A stretch of DNA of 64,000 nt from the NCBI GenBank assembly GCA_977017645.1, contig OZ360219.1:160146001-160210000 (forward strand). Direction: 5' to 3'. The notes beneath the pieces were generated by a model that saw nothing but the letters and a program-made list of their open reading frames with translations, ran no database searches and had not been told where the DNA came from. A program made the translations under genes and the position numbers. The stretch comes from Torpedo marmorata. Taxonomy: Eukaryota. Below are positions 1-12,611 of the stretch, piece by piece (position 1 is the stretch's first letter; every line of letters begins with the position of its first letter).

Positions 1-139
1 TAAGAATAGTGTTTATAGACGTTTATAGTGGGGTTAATTGTTGTGAAATTATATGTTTAATTGTCTTTAATAAATATAAATTTCAATTTTAGCCCTTTTG
101 CATTGCGTCTTCTGTCGTTGCTGGTTTGAATTTATAACA
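1..139 (+). mobile_element. 3' end of an LTR, same family as the solo LTR at 40704-41609; cut by the window edge
   Basis: Near-identical to 41471-41609, contains AATAAA and ends ...TAACA. Confidence 0.8.
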
Positions 140-682
140 CCATGAAATTACACTTAAACATGTATTTGAAATGGAGAGCTCAATGGATCATTGAGAAATT
201 ATTACAAAGCAAAAAATACATTTTTGTTTTCATTTGCGACTTCTACTAGTAATTTACTGGTGGAAGCGGTGTTGGGTTTTCATACCCTTTAATATCATCT
301 TTTGTAATTATATTGTTTTTGCCTAAAATCAGTCAAAATTGGAGGGAAAATAAAATATTCTAAAAACTTTCTCTGTGCTCTACTATCAGGTATAATCTTT
401 GATGTTTGATATAAACAAGGGAATAGATTTCTCCCAATCTCCCACCATAATTAAGGTAGAACCCTTGAGCAACTACATCAAACTATTTGTACCTTTTTCC
501 TCAGGAGATCATGCAAATCTTAGCATGAGATTTATGTTAAGTACATTACAGTAATTAATTAGGAGAGCACCCAAAGAAATGCTACTGTTTATTTTGACCA
601 CTTTTTACTATTAAGATATAAATATCTTAAAATATCCAAAAGCATTTTAACTATTTAATTTCTTCCTATTATGTGAAGCAAA

Positions 683-893
683 AGACAATCTGCTGAAGAA
701 ACTCAGTGGGTTGAGCAGTATCAGTGGGAGAAAAATGATTAATGTTTCAGGCTGAAACCTTTCATCATCGATGAAGGGTTTTGGTCAGAAATGTAAACCA
801 TTCTTTTTCTCCCACTGATACGGCTTGATCCACTGAGTTCATCCAGCAGATTGTGTTTTGTTTCAGATTTTAGCATCCACAGTCTCCTGTGCG
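683..893. mobile_element. Fold-back element derived from a Penelope-like pseudo-LTR
   Basis: Imperfect palindrome (caatctgctg...cagcagattg) centred near 768, carrying a gatgaagggt...gaaa motif. 14-bp TSD TTATGTGAAGCAAA at 669-682 and 894-907. Confidence 0.65.
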
Positions 894-1198
894 TTATGTG
901 AAGCAAATGGCCGAATACATTACTTTTGTATAATGTTCAAAGTTATTAATTAATCAATCTCATTTATAATTAGTCAAACAATACTCAAAACTTGGATTTA
1001 ACTGTTACTCTTCATACTATTGTACAAAACATGGGTCAACAATCAATTATTTTGGAGAGAAACATTTGTTTAATGTAATTAACCAAAGTTGATAACATGT
1101 GTTTCTTGTTACTGCAAAACTTATTTTATTTATAAAGTAAAAATTAACATTGACAACTTTGTGAAAAACAGATAAGAATTAGTCAGTGGCCAACTTAC

Positions 1199-1270
1199 AC
1201 ATATTTCAGCAACTGCAGGTTCTTAAATATTCCTTCTGACAGTGTAGAAAACAGGTTTCCTGAAATGTTT
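1199..1270 (-). CDS. ADGRA3: ADGRA-family adhesion GPCR, LRR exon equivalent to exon 5
   Basis: 72-bp exon, ttttttAG|...|GTaagt, translating NISGNLFSTLSEGIFKNLQLLKY(V). Intermediate between recalled ADGRA3 (NLSGNLFSSLSQGTF) and ADGRA2 (NISGNIFSSLQPGVF...KVV). Confidence 0.8.
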
Positions 1271-1892
1271 CTAAAAAATAGTTTAAATAACTGATTATGA
1301 CTCAACTTTCATATCATTGCTTATTTTTAGATTTTTAAATTACAAAAAATTGAGAGGATAGTCAACAAATTGAAAAGATACATTTATGAATGAATATTTG
1401 TAGAATAGGCAAACTCATTTCAACATCACTAGGTCACTAGTTGTATTAAATTAGAATAATGAGACAGCCACATATTAGTTGGAAAATGAGAATTTTAGTG
1501 GGGTGACAGAGTGCTGAGGTGACCCCAATCTCATTGAAATCACCCTAACTCACCAAAATCTGCACTCTGAAGAGCTTCATTTTAGACATATTGGAAAAGC
1601 AACCTATTAAATAGGTTTTTAATGAGTGGCACAGTTGCCTGGAAGGACAAAGCTAAGAGCCATCAATGTAACGGTCGCCAAGAAAGGCAGGACTATCAAA
1701 ACAAATGTTTTTTGCTAGAGTGCTGAGTATTCAGAATTCAGCAAAACATGGTGAAGCTGTGTTGAACAGTATTGAGGCAGTTTAGTGGAAACAAAACTTT
1801 AAGTACACAAACATATACTGAATGCAACATGAAAACAAAACCAATTAAAAGACGATTTTAAACTGAATTACAAACAGACTTTAATTACTTAC

Positions 1893-1964
1893 AATCGGAT
1901 AAGATTTGACAAGCCTCTGAACATTTCCCCATTTAGACAGCTTATCTTGTTGTTAGATAAATCT
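1893..1964 (-). CDS. ADGRA3: ADGRA-family adhesion GPCR, LRR exon equivalent to exon 4
   Basis: 72-bp exon, ttcttgcAG|...|GTaagt, translating DLSNNKISCLNGEMFRGLSNLIR(L). Recalled ADGRA3: DLTNNRIGCLNADIFRGLTNLVRL. Confidence 0.85.
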
Positions 1965-3091
1965 CTGCAAGAAGAGTAAAGAATAATTCACCAGGTTATA
2001 TCAAACAATTTATGCATTAGCAGATCCTTTATTCCCTCCTTTAAAAGTATATCACATCTTATTAAGGCAGACGTCAAACATCATCTTTCTTTCGCTAGAC
2101 TTTTCTCCCCTGGGCTGCAAGGTCAACACCTTATTACATAGATTTCCATCATGATCTTCCATTTTAAAATATCCTGGATGGTTGCATCTGGCACCTTCCG
2201 GCTGAACTGTTAAATAGAAGTCACCACTGGCTGTTTAGATAGATGTTAAAAATCTTAAGACAATATGTTGAGGATGAAGATGACTTGCTTCCTTTCAGTT
2301 CTGGGCAGTGTGCTTTGCCGACTCAAAGATAGGGCAGATGAAGAAATTAGAGGTTTGTAGAGTTATCTTGGATGTTCTTTCTCCATTTGAACAATTGTGG
2401 ACCAGAGATTCTCGCGAGTCAGTGATGATGCTACAATTTTTCAAGGAGTCTTTCAGAATATCTTGAACTATTTCTTCTGTCTTCCGGATAATTTTTGCCA
2501 CAATGGAGTTTGAAGTGGACCATTTGTTTCACTCTTAATGAAGAGCTCATCATAAACACTGCCCTGTTCTTTGTCTACTTCCCTTTTTTTTTTTAAAACT
2601 TGGTTCAATTTTAATCACCTGAATCTGTATTAACGAGGTGGTGTTGCTGAACAGAAATCCCTTTGCTGATCCATTCCAAAGTTATCTCACGGACTTTCAG
2701 TGACGCCTGCCTGCTTGAGGTATTGGATCTCCTACATTTAAATCAAGTTCCACAATGTACGATCCTGCTTTCCTATTTAGGAAAACACTAGTTGGACTGG
2801 ATGTCATGCACAGGCTTTAAAATGTTATTGTCTGCCCAGGAGGCAATTAAATATTCTGTCTGTGGAAGGAAGAGTAGGAATGCTTCTCCCCATCTGGGTC
2901 AGTGCCAAAACTACCTCCACTCCTGAAACAGGGTTGGTAGCTCCTGAAGTTAGGCTGGCTGGAGACCCTGAACCTTCTTTGGGACACCTCTCAATAGATG
3001 CCACCTAGCTGGTTGAGTTTATATTTTTGTTATTTTTGTTTCTATTTCAGGTCCCATTGGATGCCTGGTGAGTAGGCAGTTCTGTCTAAGT

Positions 3092-3506
3092 CAGGGGTCC
3101 CCAAACTGTTTAGACCATCGATCCCTTCATGGAATACTTGATCCCTCATTGACCCCCAGGCATGGAATCCCGGCGCTGGACCGGGGGGGGGGGGGGGCGC
3201 TACCAAAGGTACAAGGAACACATACATCTTTCTTCTACACTCAGTCCTTCCTCCCATTCGCTCTCAACTTATTAAAAGGCCGAAGCCAAACACAACATGG
3301 CGGCCACCAAGGCCCGCTCTCGCGAGAGGTTAGCCACCATTGCCATAGGCGCTGTTTTCCGTTGATCCGCCCCTGCTTTCCACCGCAAAAGTTCAATCGA
3401 CCCGCCCCCCCCCCCCCACGGCGTTATCGACCCCCTGCCACTTATCGACCCCTTGGATAGTCCCATCAACCCCCAGGGGTCAATATCGACCACTTTGGAG
3501 ACCCTG
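3092..3506. mobile_element. Non-autonomous hAT (Charlie-like) MITE
   Basis: TIRs CAGGGGTCCCCAAA / TTTGGAGACCCTG; perfect 8-bp TSD GTCTAAGT at 3084-3091 and 3507-3514. Confidence 0.85.
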
Positions 3507-5142
3507 GTCTAAGTCAAAGCCTCTTCAACCGTGGAGTGGGCATGTTTCCAGAATGCTCTGTTGGCCAGATGCCCATAAGTTTTCTGTTGCTCTGCTTTCT
3601 ATGAACAGCAATTCCCCACCAAAACATCTGCTATTTCTGCCCTTGTCAATGAGAAAGGACTCCTGCTGAGAGGAAGGACAAAACACTAACTGGCTGAATC
3701 CTCCAGGACAGTGGAGAACCTACTTGCTGAACCTCTGCCACATTGGATGTGGTGCAGCAACATTGAGTCTCTTCATCTGAGAGGAGAGGAAAGGTTGCGA
3801 TGAATGTAACTTCCATTTTTTTTTTAAACTTTATTAAATGCTTAAAAAATAAATGCTTTTGAGTGAACAAAATTTTAATTTAGCTTACATTCTTTTTAAT
3901 CATTCTGAATGCTTCCATATTTCAGAGAACTTCATATGGCTGTATTACTTTGCCAGCATCCAAAATTTTTTTTAAATGAGCTGTGTTGTGGTTGGATGTT
4001 GCTTTGAGGGGATTAAAAAGCCCTTACTGCTCTGGATCCAGAATGTACCAGAAAGTTAACATGTTGTGATCTGCAAAAGTTTAGTAGAGACGTCTTCCCA
4101 CCTGTCAGCTATCAAAATGGTTAGCTTATAACCGGCAGAATTCTCTTATCATTTTATTTCTACACTTGCATAATCTCATACATGTTACCGCTTATTCATT
4201 TCATCTTTTGCTCTTCTTCCTCTTTTTTGGTAAGTAATTCTTATTGGAACAGAAACTGAGAAGTTTGTGTCTCATTCTGTATATTTTTCATACTCAATAT
4301 TCCACACCAATTTACGGTACTTCTGTGGGTCCTGCTGCTCCATTGCACACCCTTCTGACTCACAATAGCTCTCTTTTACGATTTCACAAAGGAACTGGAA
4401 GCAAACTAGACCTTCTCCTAACCAAACATAGGAGCCGAGATTGTGATGGATCTTGTCATGTATCAGTTCAAATGCCAGCTGCTCAATGCTTCCAGACTGC
4501 TCATGGTTTCAGCAGTTATCTCTTCCCAATTCTGCTAAAGCTAAATGGACAGGGGGGGAATAGGGAATGTGGGGAGCAAAAACAGACAGTGAACTCATGA
4601 CACCTGAATCTGGGCAATTATTTTCCTCTCAAAGCTCATTAGCCATTACAAAAATTGAACTTTTTCTTCAAATGATGTACTAGGTGTTCCCATCACCACC
4701 GTAGGATGAACTCCCCAGCTTTTAAATTTATTTTTCCAAACAAAAAAGGGAGAATGACTTTTAAATCTTGATGTAGAAATTGGCTCAGAAATCCCTTTGC
4801 TGATCCATTCCAGAAAGTTGACAATGACATAAACGTTTAAAAATAAGCAGTACCCCATATCTTGTACATCTAACTGTTTCAACAAATGCACAAAGGAAAC
4901 AGAAAGTGGGGCTGAAGGCTCAAAATAAACAGGGTGGCAGAATGAGCCTTGTGAAAGGGAGCCAGAGTAGTTAAAGAAAAAATTCTCTTGACCTGTGCCA
5001 CCAGTTTGAAAAAAATGAAATAAGGGATTAATGGATTTGTGACAAATAAAAACTGTTGTTTTAAAAGTCAATATAGTAGCACATTCTTACATCTTTAGTG
5101 AATAAATCTGTACCACACAATTTCAGTCATAATTAACTTGAA

Positions 5143-5439
5143 CAGAACCGACGTTTCGGGCTTGAGCCCTTCATCAAAGTATGAGAAAATGCCGGCAGGC
5201 GTCCGAACAAAGGAGTGAGGGGGGAAGGGGGATGGCCATCCCCCTTCCCCCCCTCACTCCTTTGTTCGGACGCCTGCCGGCATTTTCTCATACTTTGATG
5301 AAGGGCTCAAGCCCGAAACGTCGGTTATGTATTTCTACCTTTGCTACATAAAAGACACTGTTTGACCTGCTGAGTTCTCCAGCATTTGTGTTTTTTACTT
5401 CAACCACGGTGTCTACAGATTTTCGTGTTTTACTTCTTA
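5143..5439 (+). mobile_element. Penelope-like element 3' end with an inverted partial pseudo-LTR (fold-back)
   Basis: ~90-bp inverted arms 5146-5235 and 5236-5326, no spacer, one indel. Sequence matches the Penelope terminus at 49530-49720. 14-bp TSD ATAATTAACTTGAA at 5129-5142 and 5440-5453. Confidence 0.8.
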
Positions 5440-6250
5440 ATAATTAACTTGAATCTCTAAATCACTTCTCCTTTAGGTCAATACTGAGAAGTACTTAATA
5501 AGTCAATGGATGAGCAGAAACAAAAACTCCTGGGGTTTTCAGCTCTTTTTATTGGCACATTTGGAAGCGCAGAGTTGGAAATGCACCAGTTACAAGGACC
5601 ACAATTTGAGAAATCCATATTTCAGATTTAAAGCTGTAATATTTTGATAACAGTATAAAAGAAAGATGCATCATACTATTAGATCATTATTACAGGAGAA
5701 CTGAGTGAAATTTCCATCTTTCATTTCCAGGGGAGGGATGGATGGTAAAGGGGTAAATTGAGACCAGCTGCCAATCATCAACCCCTCCAATTTTACAATT
5801 CATTAAAGTTATGAAATTGTACGGCACGGATTTGTTCATTACATATGCAAGATTGTTCTGCTGTATTGACGTTAAAAAATGTTTCTCATTTATCACAAAT
5901 CCATGAAACTTGGGTTGGTTCTTAAATGAACTATTTTTCTGATTTGCCAACTTTAACCTGCCACTGACAATGAGATATCCAGCATTGGAAACTTGCTGCA
6001 AAATATTTTTCTATTCCTAATCCAATTATAGAAATCGCATCAGTATTTCTAATGCACTCATAGGTTTTGCTCATTGTTGGCAATGCTGAAATTTATGACC
6101 AACATCCCTGGTTACCACTGAACTGAGGAGGCAGTTCAGAAAAAAAAAAATTGACATATCTGGAGTCCTAAAGACAAACCACTTGGGAAAGATAGATTTT
6201 CTTTCCTTGGCCAGATAGATTATTATGACAATCCAGTTACTACAGTTGTT

Positions 6251-7078
6251 CAAGATTCAAGATTCAATTTATTGTCATAGTAATAAGACAGTGTCATATT
6301 TCATGAAATTTCTTTTTGCCTGCTGCAAGGCAGACAGATTCGCCACCGGCAGAAATTGCCTAAGCGCCTCTAACATTCCTTACAGTCAGAGAAAGAGAAG
6401 CAAAAGAGAGTCCCCCCAGAGTCACCGAGTGTCCGTAGATTCGCCTCCAGCGCTTCCGCAGCCACACAGAGTCCAGTCCAAACCATCGGCAACCCGAGCT
6501 CCAGATCCGAAGGTCCAACACGGTCAGGGCGCCCTCGGCACCCCCTCGCATCTCGGTTCCGATACCTGGTACTCCTCCAGCCAGTTCGAGCCAGCCTCCA
6601 GCAGACCGCAGCCCGGCGTGAGTCCCCCGACAGCAGTCTCCAGCAGCCCACAGCCTCCGCGGGTTCCTCGCCTCGAGTCGCCAGCAGCCTGCCGCATGCA
6701 CTGGTCCTTCAGCCTCAGAGCCCCTCACTGGTCCGCCACCGTGGTCACCGTCCCGTGGGTCGACTCCTCCGCTTCTCCTTCTCAGACCAGGGGGGGGGGG
6801 GGGTGTTCTTCCCGTCGTCTGGTGCCCTGCTCCAGTCCTCTGCTTCCCTGGAATCTGCAGCCCCTCGTGGCTGCTGCCGGTTAAAAGGCGCTGCCATCTT
6901 GGGCGCAGACCCCGTGGTTGCGGGATCTTAAATAAAACCACCGTCGGCTCCTTTAACGGGCCATTCAAAGCCCGTGCAGAACCGACGGCAGTCGACTGGG
7001 CGGCTGGACCCCGCGGGAGCGCTGAATCTCCGCTCCCACGCTCCCCGCGGGTCCGCACCAGCGGCAGCGCCGCCATTA
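6251..7078 (-). mobile_element. GC-rich non-autonomous retroposon with a Rex1/Babar-type 3' tail (copy 1)
   Basis: Highly similar to the reverse complement of 37014-37845; ends GACAATAAATTGAATCTTGAATC. Confidence 0.7.
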
Positions 7079-7225
7079 CTGATCTAGTTACTAGTTTTAA
7101 TTTTACTTCCAAATTATTTGAAAAGAAATTCCCTGGCTGTCACAGTGGGATTTGAACTTGTATCACTGGATCTACTGTGGTATATCATAGTTATGGAGCA
7201 TGTGTGGATGCTTTTCAATACTCAC

Positions 7226-7297
7226 AGTCTTTTCAGTGCTGTGAGTCCCCAGAAAGCACCCAACTCTACATTGCTGATAAGGTTGTTTCTCATATCT
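7226..7297 (-). CDS. ADGRA3: ADGRA-family adhesion GPCR, LRR exon equivalent to exon 3
   Basis: 72-bp exon, ttcttgcAG|...|GTgagt, translating DMRNNLISNVELGAFWGLTALKR(L). Recalled ADGRA3: DLRNNLISSIDPGAFWGLSSLKRL. Confidence 0.85.
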
Positions 7298-8399
7298 CTG
7301 CAAGAAAGAATAAAAACATTATTTGAAATAGCTTATATGTCCAAATGCAAAGTTTTCACTTTTCCTATCCAATAAAGAGATTTAAGTCATCAACTAGCAG
7401 ATAGGCTCAATGGATCAATTTCTAACAGTGTACAGCTAACTCAAATGTAACAACTGGTAATATTTTGGTCTTCACTTAAAGATTTGGATGTGCAACTAAA
7501 TTATAATGACTGTTGGCAAATGCTTGATGTAATAATAAAATACCGGTAATTTAAATTATTTTTTGTCCATTTCTTAAAGATACGAGTACGATTAGTAAGA
7601 CTTGAATACAACTTCAAAAATCAATAAAGCAGAAGGTTTATGGGAAAAGTACACATCTTTTTTGAAATTGCAAAATGTAGATAATGATCTTGCTATGACT
7701 TCAGAATTGAAAAACGGAAATAAAGTGTTTGCAAAATATGTAAACATTTTTACAATTTAAACTGATCGTCTCTACTACCAAAGTGAATTTGCTGAAAGTA
7801 AAACACATACCTTCATCTTGTACATATTTAGGCATTAAAAACTGAACTCAACACCTATTTGAGACTGTTACAAAAATAATCTGCTGCCTCTCTCCCACAG
7901 CTGCCAGTTACTTTGCCAATAATACATTTTTCAAAGAATCAATGTGTCAAGGGACCATGATGCAAGCATAAACATACCAGTTGAAAAGCAATCTTTGATC
8001 GCCTGTGCCTTATGTTGCAGTGCATTCCCAGAATGACAAACTTCATTGTTAAAGAAATAAGTGCTGCATTTTGGCTTGTTGAGACATGCCAAATCATATA
8101 CACTTTCAAAACATGATAGTGGCTGAAAATACCAGAACCCAGATAAAAGTATTGGAATGTGGAGACAAGACTTAAGACACAACTTGCTAGTTCTTTCCAC
8201 TCATAGCTTTGTCTAAGATATGTAGAGCATAAGTCAAATTATGGGTAATGTATTTACCAGTTCATAATAATGTACATATAAAAAATTGAGAAAAGAATGA
8301 GACAAGATATTGCTATCAAAAAGTTTTATTTGGAAATATTTTGAACTTTTTCACGTGCAAGCAGTGCAAAAGAAATAAGTGTCACACTTTATTTTTTTC

Positions 8400-10497
8400 A
8401 CTCAATTTCAGATTTATTGTCAGAGTATATACATGACATCACATACAACCCTGAGATTCTTTTTTCTGTGGGCGAGGCAGAATTACCACTTATTGGTAGT
8501 GCAGAAACTACACAGCGCAAACATGTAAACAAATAAAGAACTGTAAACAGGTAACAAATGTAATCAAACTGACTGTGCAATACAGAGAGTAAATTTTTTT
8601 AAATAAAGTACACAAGTAAGAGTCCTTAAATGAGTCCCTGATTGAGTTTGTTTTGAGGAGTCTGATGGTGGAGGGGTAGCAACCGTTCCTGAACCTGGTG
8701 GTGCGAGTCTCGTGGCACCTATACCCCTTTCCTGATGGCAGCAACGAGAACAGAGCATGTGCTGGTTGGTGTGGATCCTTGATACTGCTCTCTGACGGCA
8801 GAGTTCACTGCAGATGTTCTCGATAGTGGGGAGCGTTTTGCCTGTGAGGTCATGGGCTGAGTCCACTACTTTTGGAGGGTATTACGCTCAGGGGTATTGG
8901 TGTCCCCATACCAGACAGTGATGCAGCCAGTCAGCACACTTTCCACCATACAGAGAGAAATTTGTAAGGGAATCTTGTGTCATACCAAACCTCCGCAAAT
9001 TTCTGAGGAAGTAGAGCCGTTGACGTGCTTTCTTCACGATGCCATTAGTGTGTTGGGTCCACGAAAGTTCCTCCGAGATAGTGACTCCCAAGAACCTTAG
9101 AACATTACAGCACAGAAACAGGCCCCTTCGGCCTTTCGAGTCTGGGCCAAACCTTTTTTTTTGCCTAGTCCCACTGACCTGCATCCAGTACATAGCCCTC
9201 CATACCCCTCCCATCCATGTACCTGTCCAAATTCTTCTTTAATGTTAAAATTGAGTCTGCATTCACCACTTCAGCTGGCAGCTCGCTCCACACTCTCATC
9301 CCTTTCATTCCTAAACCATGTCCTCTGGTTTGTATCTCACCTACCCTCAGTGGAAAAAGCCTATCTACATTTACTCTGTCTATCCCCCTCATAATTTTAA
9401 ATACCTCTATCAAATCTCCCCTCATTCTTCTACGCTCCAGGGAATAAAGTCCTAACCTGTTTAACCTTTCCCTGTAACTCAGTTCCTGAAGTCCGGGCAG
9501 CATCCTAGTAAAGGATCTCTTCTCTGCACTCTTTCTATCTTATTGATATCTTTCCTGTAGTTAGGTGACCAAAACAGCACACAATACTCCAAATTTGGCC
9601 TCACCAATGTCTTATACAACTTTAACATAACATCCGAACTCCTGTACTCAATACTTTTATTTATGAAGGCCAATGTGCCAAAAGCTCTCTACAACCCTAT
9701 CCACCTTTGACGCCACTTTCAGGGAATTATGTATCTGTATCCCCAGATCCTTGTTCTACCACACTCCTCAATGTCCTACCATTTACCATGTACCGGTATG
9801 TCCTTTCTTGGTTTGTCCTTCCAAAATGCAACACCTCACACTTGTCTGCATTAAATTCCATCTGCCATTTTTCAGCCCATTTTTCCAGCTGGTCCAGATC
9901 CCTCTGCAAGCTTTGGTAAAACCTTCTTCGCTGTCCACAAGACCTCCAATCTTAGTGTCACCTGTAAACTTGCTGATCCAATTTACCACATTATCATCCA
10001 GATCATTGATATAGATGACGAACAACAATAGTCCCAGCACCGATCCCTGAGGCACACCACTAGTCACAGGCCTCCAGTCTGAGAAACAATCATCCACCAA
10101 AGAACTTAAATATTACTCACCCTCTCCATCTCTGATCCCCCAATGATCACTGGATTGTACACCTCTGGTTTCCCTTCCTGAAGTCAACAATCAGCTCCTT
10201 AGTTTTGGTGACATTGAGTGCAAGGTTGCTGTACCATTCAGCCAAGTTTTCAATCTCCCTCCTATATGCTGATTCATCACCTTTCTTTATACAACCCACT
10301 ACCATGGTATCGTCATCAAATTTGTAGATGGTATTATTATCATACCGATCTACACAGTCATAGGTGTAAAGTGAGTAGAACAGGGGGCTAAGAATGCAGC
10401 CTTGTGGTGCTCCGATACTGATGGAGATTGTGGTCTGGAGGTGAGGAAATCCATGATCCAATTACACAGTGGGGTGTTGAGTCCCAGGTCTTGGATA
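8400..10497 (-). mobile_element. Rex1/Babar-type LINE, 5'-truncated and degenerate, interrupted by a CR1
   Basis: RT motifs GAPQGCILSPL, YKFDDDT, KTKELIVDFRK, KKARQRLYFLRNLRRFGM; 3' tail GACAATAAATCTGA. Confidence 0.75.
9097..10098 (-). mobile_element. CR1 LINE 3' fragment nested in the Rex1/Babar copy
   Basis: VTSGVPQGSVLG, LYKTLVRPNLEYC, LERRRMRGDLIEVFKI, WQMEFNADKCEV. Confidence 0.85.
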
Positions 10498-10611
10498 CCA
10501 GATAACCAAGTGCATCAAGCAGCAACTAAATAGTTTTCTGCACTGTTGGCTGCTCACTAATAAATACCTGCTCTTCCTTGAATAGTAACATTGAAATCTT
10601 GTGCATCTATA

Positions 10612-12240
10612 TCAAGTTCATTTATCATCTGATTGTATAAGTACAACCAGACGAAACAGCGTTCTCTAGTCCTCGGTGTAATACACTGCAAACACACATA
10701 TCGACATAACACATACAGACAAATAATGCTTATGCACTGTACTTACATACAAATATTAAAATAAATAAATATCATTGTTAAATAAATAGTTGAATCATGG
10801 TGGGTTTGTATGAGCAGCAGTCTCACTGCCCTTGGGAAGAAGCTGTTTCTCAGCCTAGTAGTTCTGGCTCTGATACTCCTGTATCTCTTTCCCGACGAGA
10901 GTAACTGAAAGATGCTATGTGCGGGATGCTACGGGTCATCATTGATTTTGCAAACCTTCTTTAGACAACGATCCATAAATCCCATCGATGTCGGGGGGGT
11001 GGGGGGGGGGGAGGGAGACCCCAGTGATCCTCTCTGCAGGTCTTATGGTCCTGAGAATTGACCTCCGATCTGATGCTCTACAGCAATGGTTTTCAAACTG
11101 CACCCCTAAACTCACATTCCATCTTAAGCAATCCCTATGCCATAAGTGCTCTGTGATTAGTAAGGGATTGCTTAAGGTGGTATGTGAGTGGAAAGAAAAA
11201 GGTTTGAAAACCACTGTTTTAATCGTACCTAATTGACTCGTTATGTGCACGGTTTCATAACTCCAAAGGAAATGGGCCAATGACAATTTTTCTCAAGCAA
11301 AATATTTCAGTAACAATTGGGTCTAGAGCAGTGGTTCTCAACCTTCCCTTCCCACTCACATACCACCTTAAGCAATTCTTTACTAATCTCTTATGCCATA
11401 GGGATTGCTTAAGGTGGAATGTGAGTTTAGGGGGGCAGTTTGAAAACCACTACTCAACAGCAACTGTACCACACTGTGATGCAACTGGACAGGACGCTCT
11501 CAATTGAGCTCCTGTAGAAAGTTGACAGGATGGTGGCCAGTAGCCTTGCCCGCCTCAGCCTTCCAAGGAAGTGCAGTCACTGATGCACCTTCCTGACAAG
11601 TGAGGAGATGTCGTGTGTCGGGATAGGTCACTTCTTAAGTAGACTCTGAGGAATTGGTGCTCTCTTCTCTCTCCACTACTGAGCTATTAATGTGTAGTGG
11701 AGGGTGGTTGACCCTGGTCCTCCTGAAGTCTGCAATCATTTCCTTTGTCTTGTCCATGTTGAGACTCAGGTTGTAATTCTCATACCATTTCACGAGATTT
11801 TCCACCTCTTCTCTGTAGTAAGACTCATCGTTGTTGCTGATGAGGCTAACTACTGTTGAGTCATCTGCCATCTTGATGACTCTGTTGGGAGCTGGATCTG
11901 GCGATGCAGTCGTGGGTCAGTAGTGTGAACAAGAGCAGGCTGAGCACACAGCCCTGAGCTGCACCAGTGCTCAGCGTGATGGTGCTCGACGTTCTGCTAT
12001 CAATCTGGACAGACTGTGGTCTTTCTGTTAGCAAGTCCAGGATCCAATTACAGAGAGGGGTGTTGAGTCCCAGCGAGGACAGCTTCTCCACCAGCCTCTG
12101 GGGTATGATCGCATTAAACACCGAACTGAAGTCAATGAACAGCGTATGTGGCGTCGTTCTCCAGGTGGGACAGGACAGAATGGGAGGAAAGGCTGTAGCA
12201 TCATCAGTGGAACGGTTCCGTCTGTTGGCAAATTGAAAGT
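10612..12240 (-). mobile_element. Rex1/Babar-type LINE fragment, degenerate
   Basis: [50 protein letters not shown]. Confidence 0.75.
11084..11452. mobile_element. Composite hAT MITE: two inverted palindromic units around a spacer
   Basis: Units 11084-11216 and 11329-11452 with CAGTGGTT(T/C)TCAA-type ends; outer 8-bp TSD CTCTACAG/CTCAACAG. Confidence 0.7.
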
Positions 12241-12611
12241 GTCACTGGGAGGTGCGATCTATCTTAATAGATGCTTTCCTTTAACTTTTTCATTATAAGA
12301 TTATATTTCTATCATTGTATAACAACAACACATCTCCACAGCACCTAACCTTGTTTAGAATATTTCACGAATAAAATATATGATCAAAAAATTCTGAATG
12401 AGCCTCAGGCAGTTGAACAAGAGTATAAGCAAAGTAAGTCATTTTGAAGTTCTTGAGCAGAGCTTATTGCTTAACTCAAAGTTAATTCCAAATGAGCAAA
12501 AGCTAACACAAGAAAGAATTCTGAACTTTTGTTTCTCCTTATTAGTAATGTAAACATCAACTCAACATGTAACTGCGCACACCACATGAACACCACACCA
12601 ACAACATGAAC

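Noticed and set aside
6225-7112. Overlapping 219-272 aa ORFs here and at 36970-37808
   Set aside because: GC-rich repeat with few stop codons; ORF boundaries differ between the two copies and no domain is recognisable.
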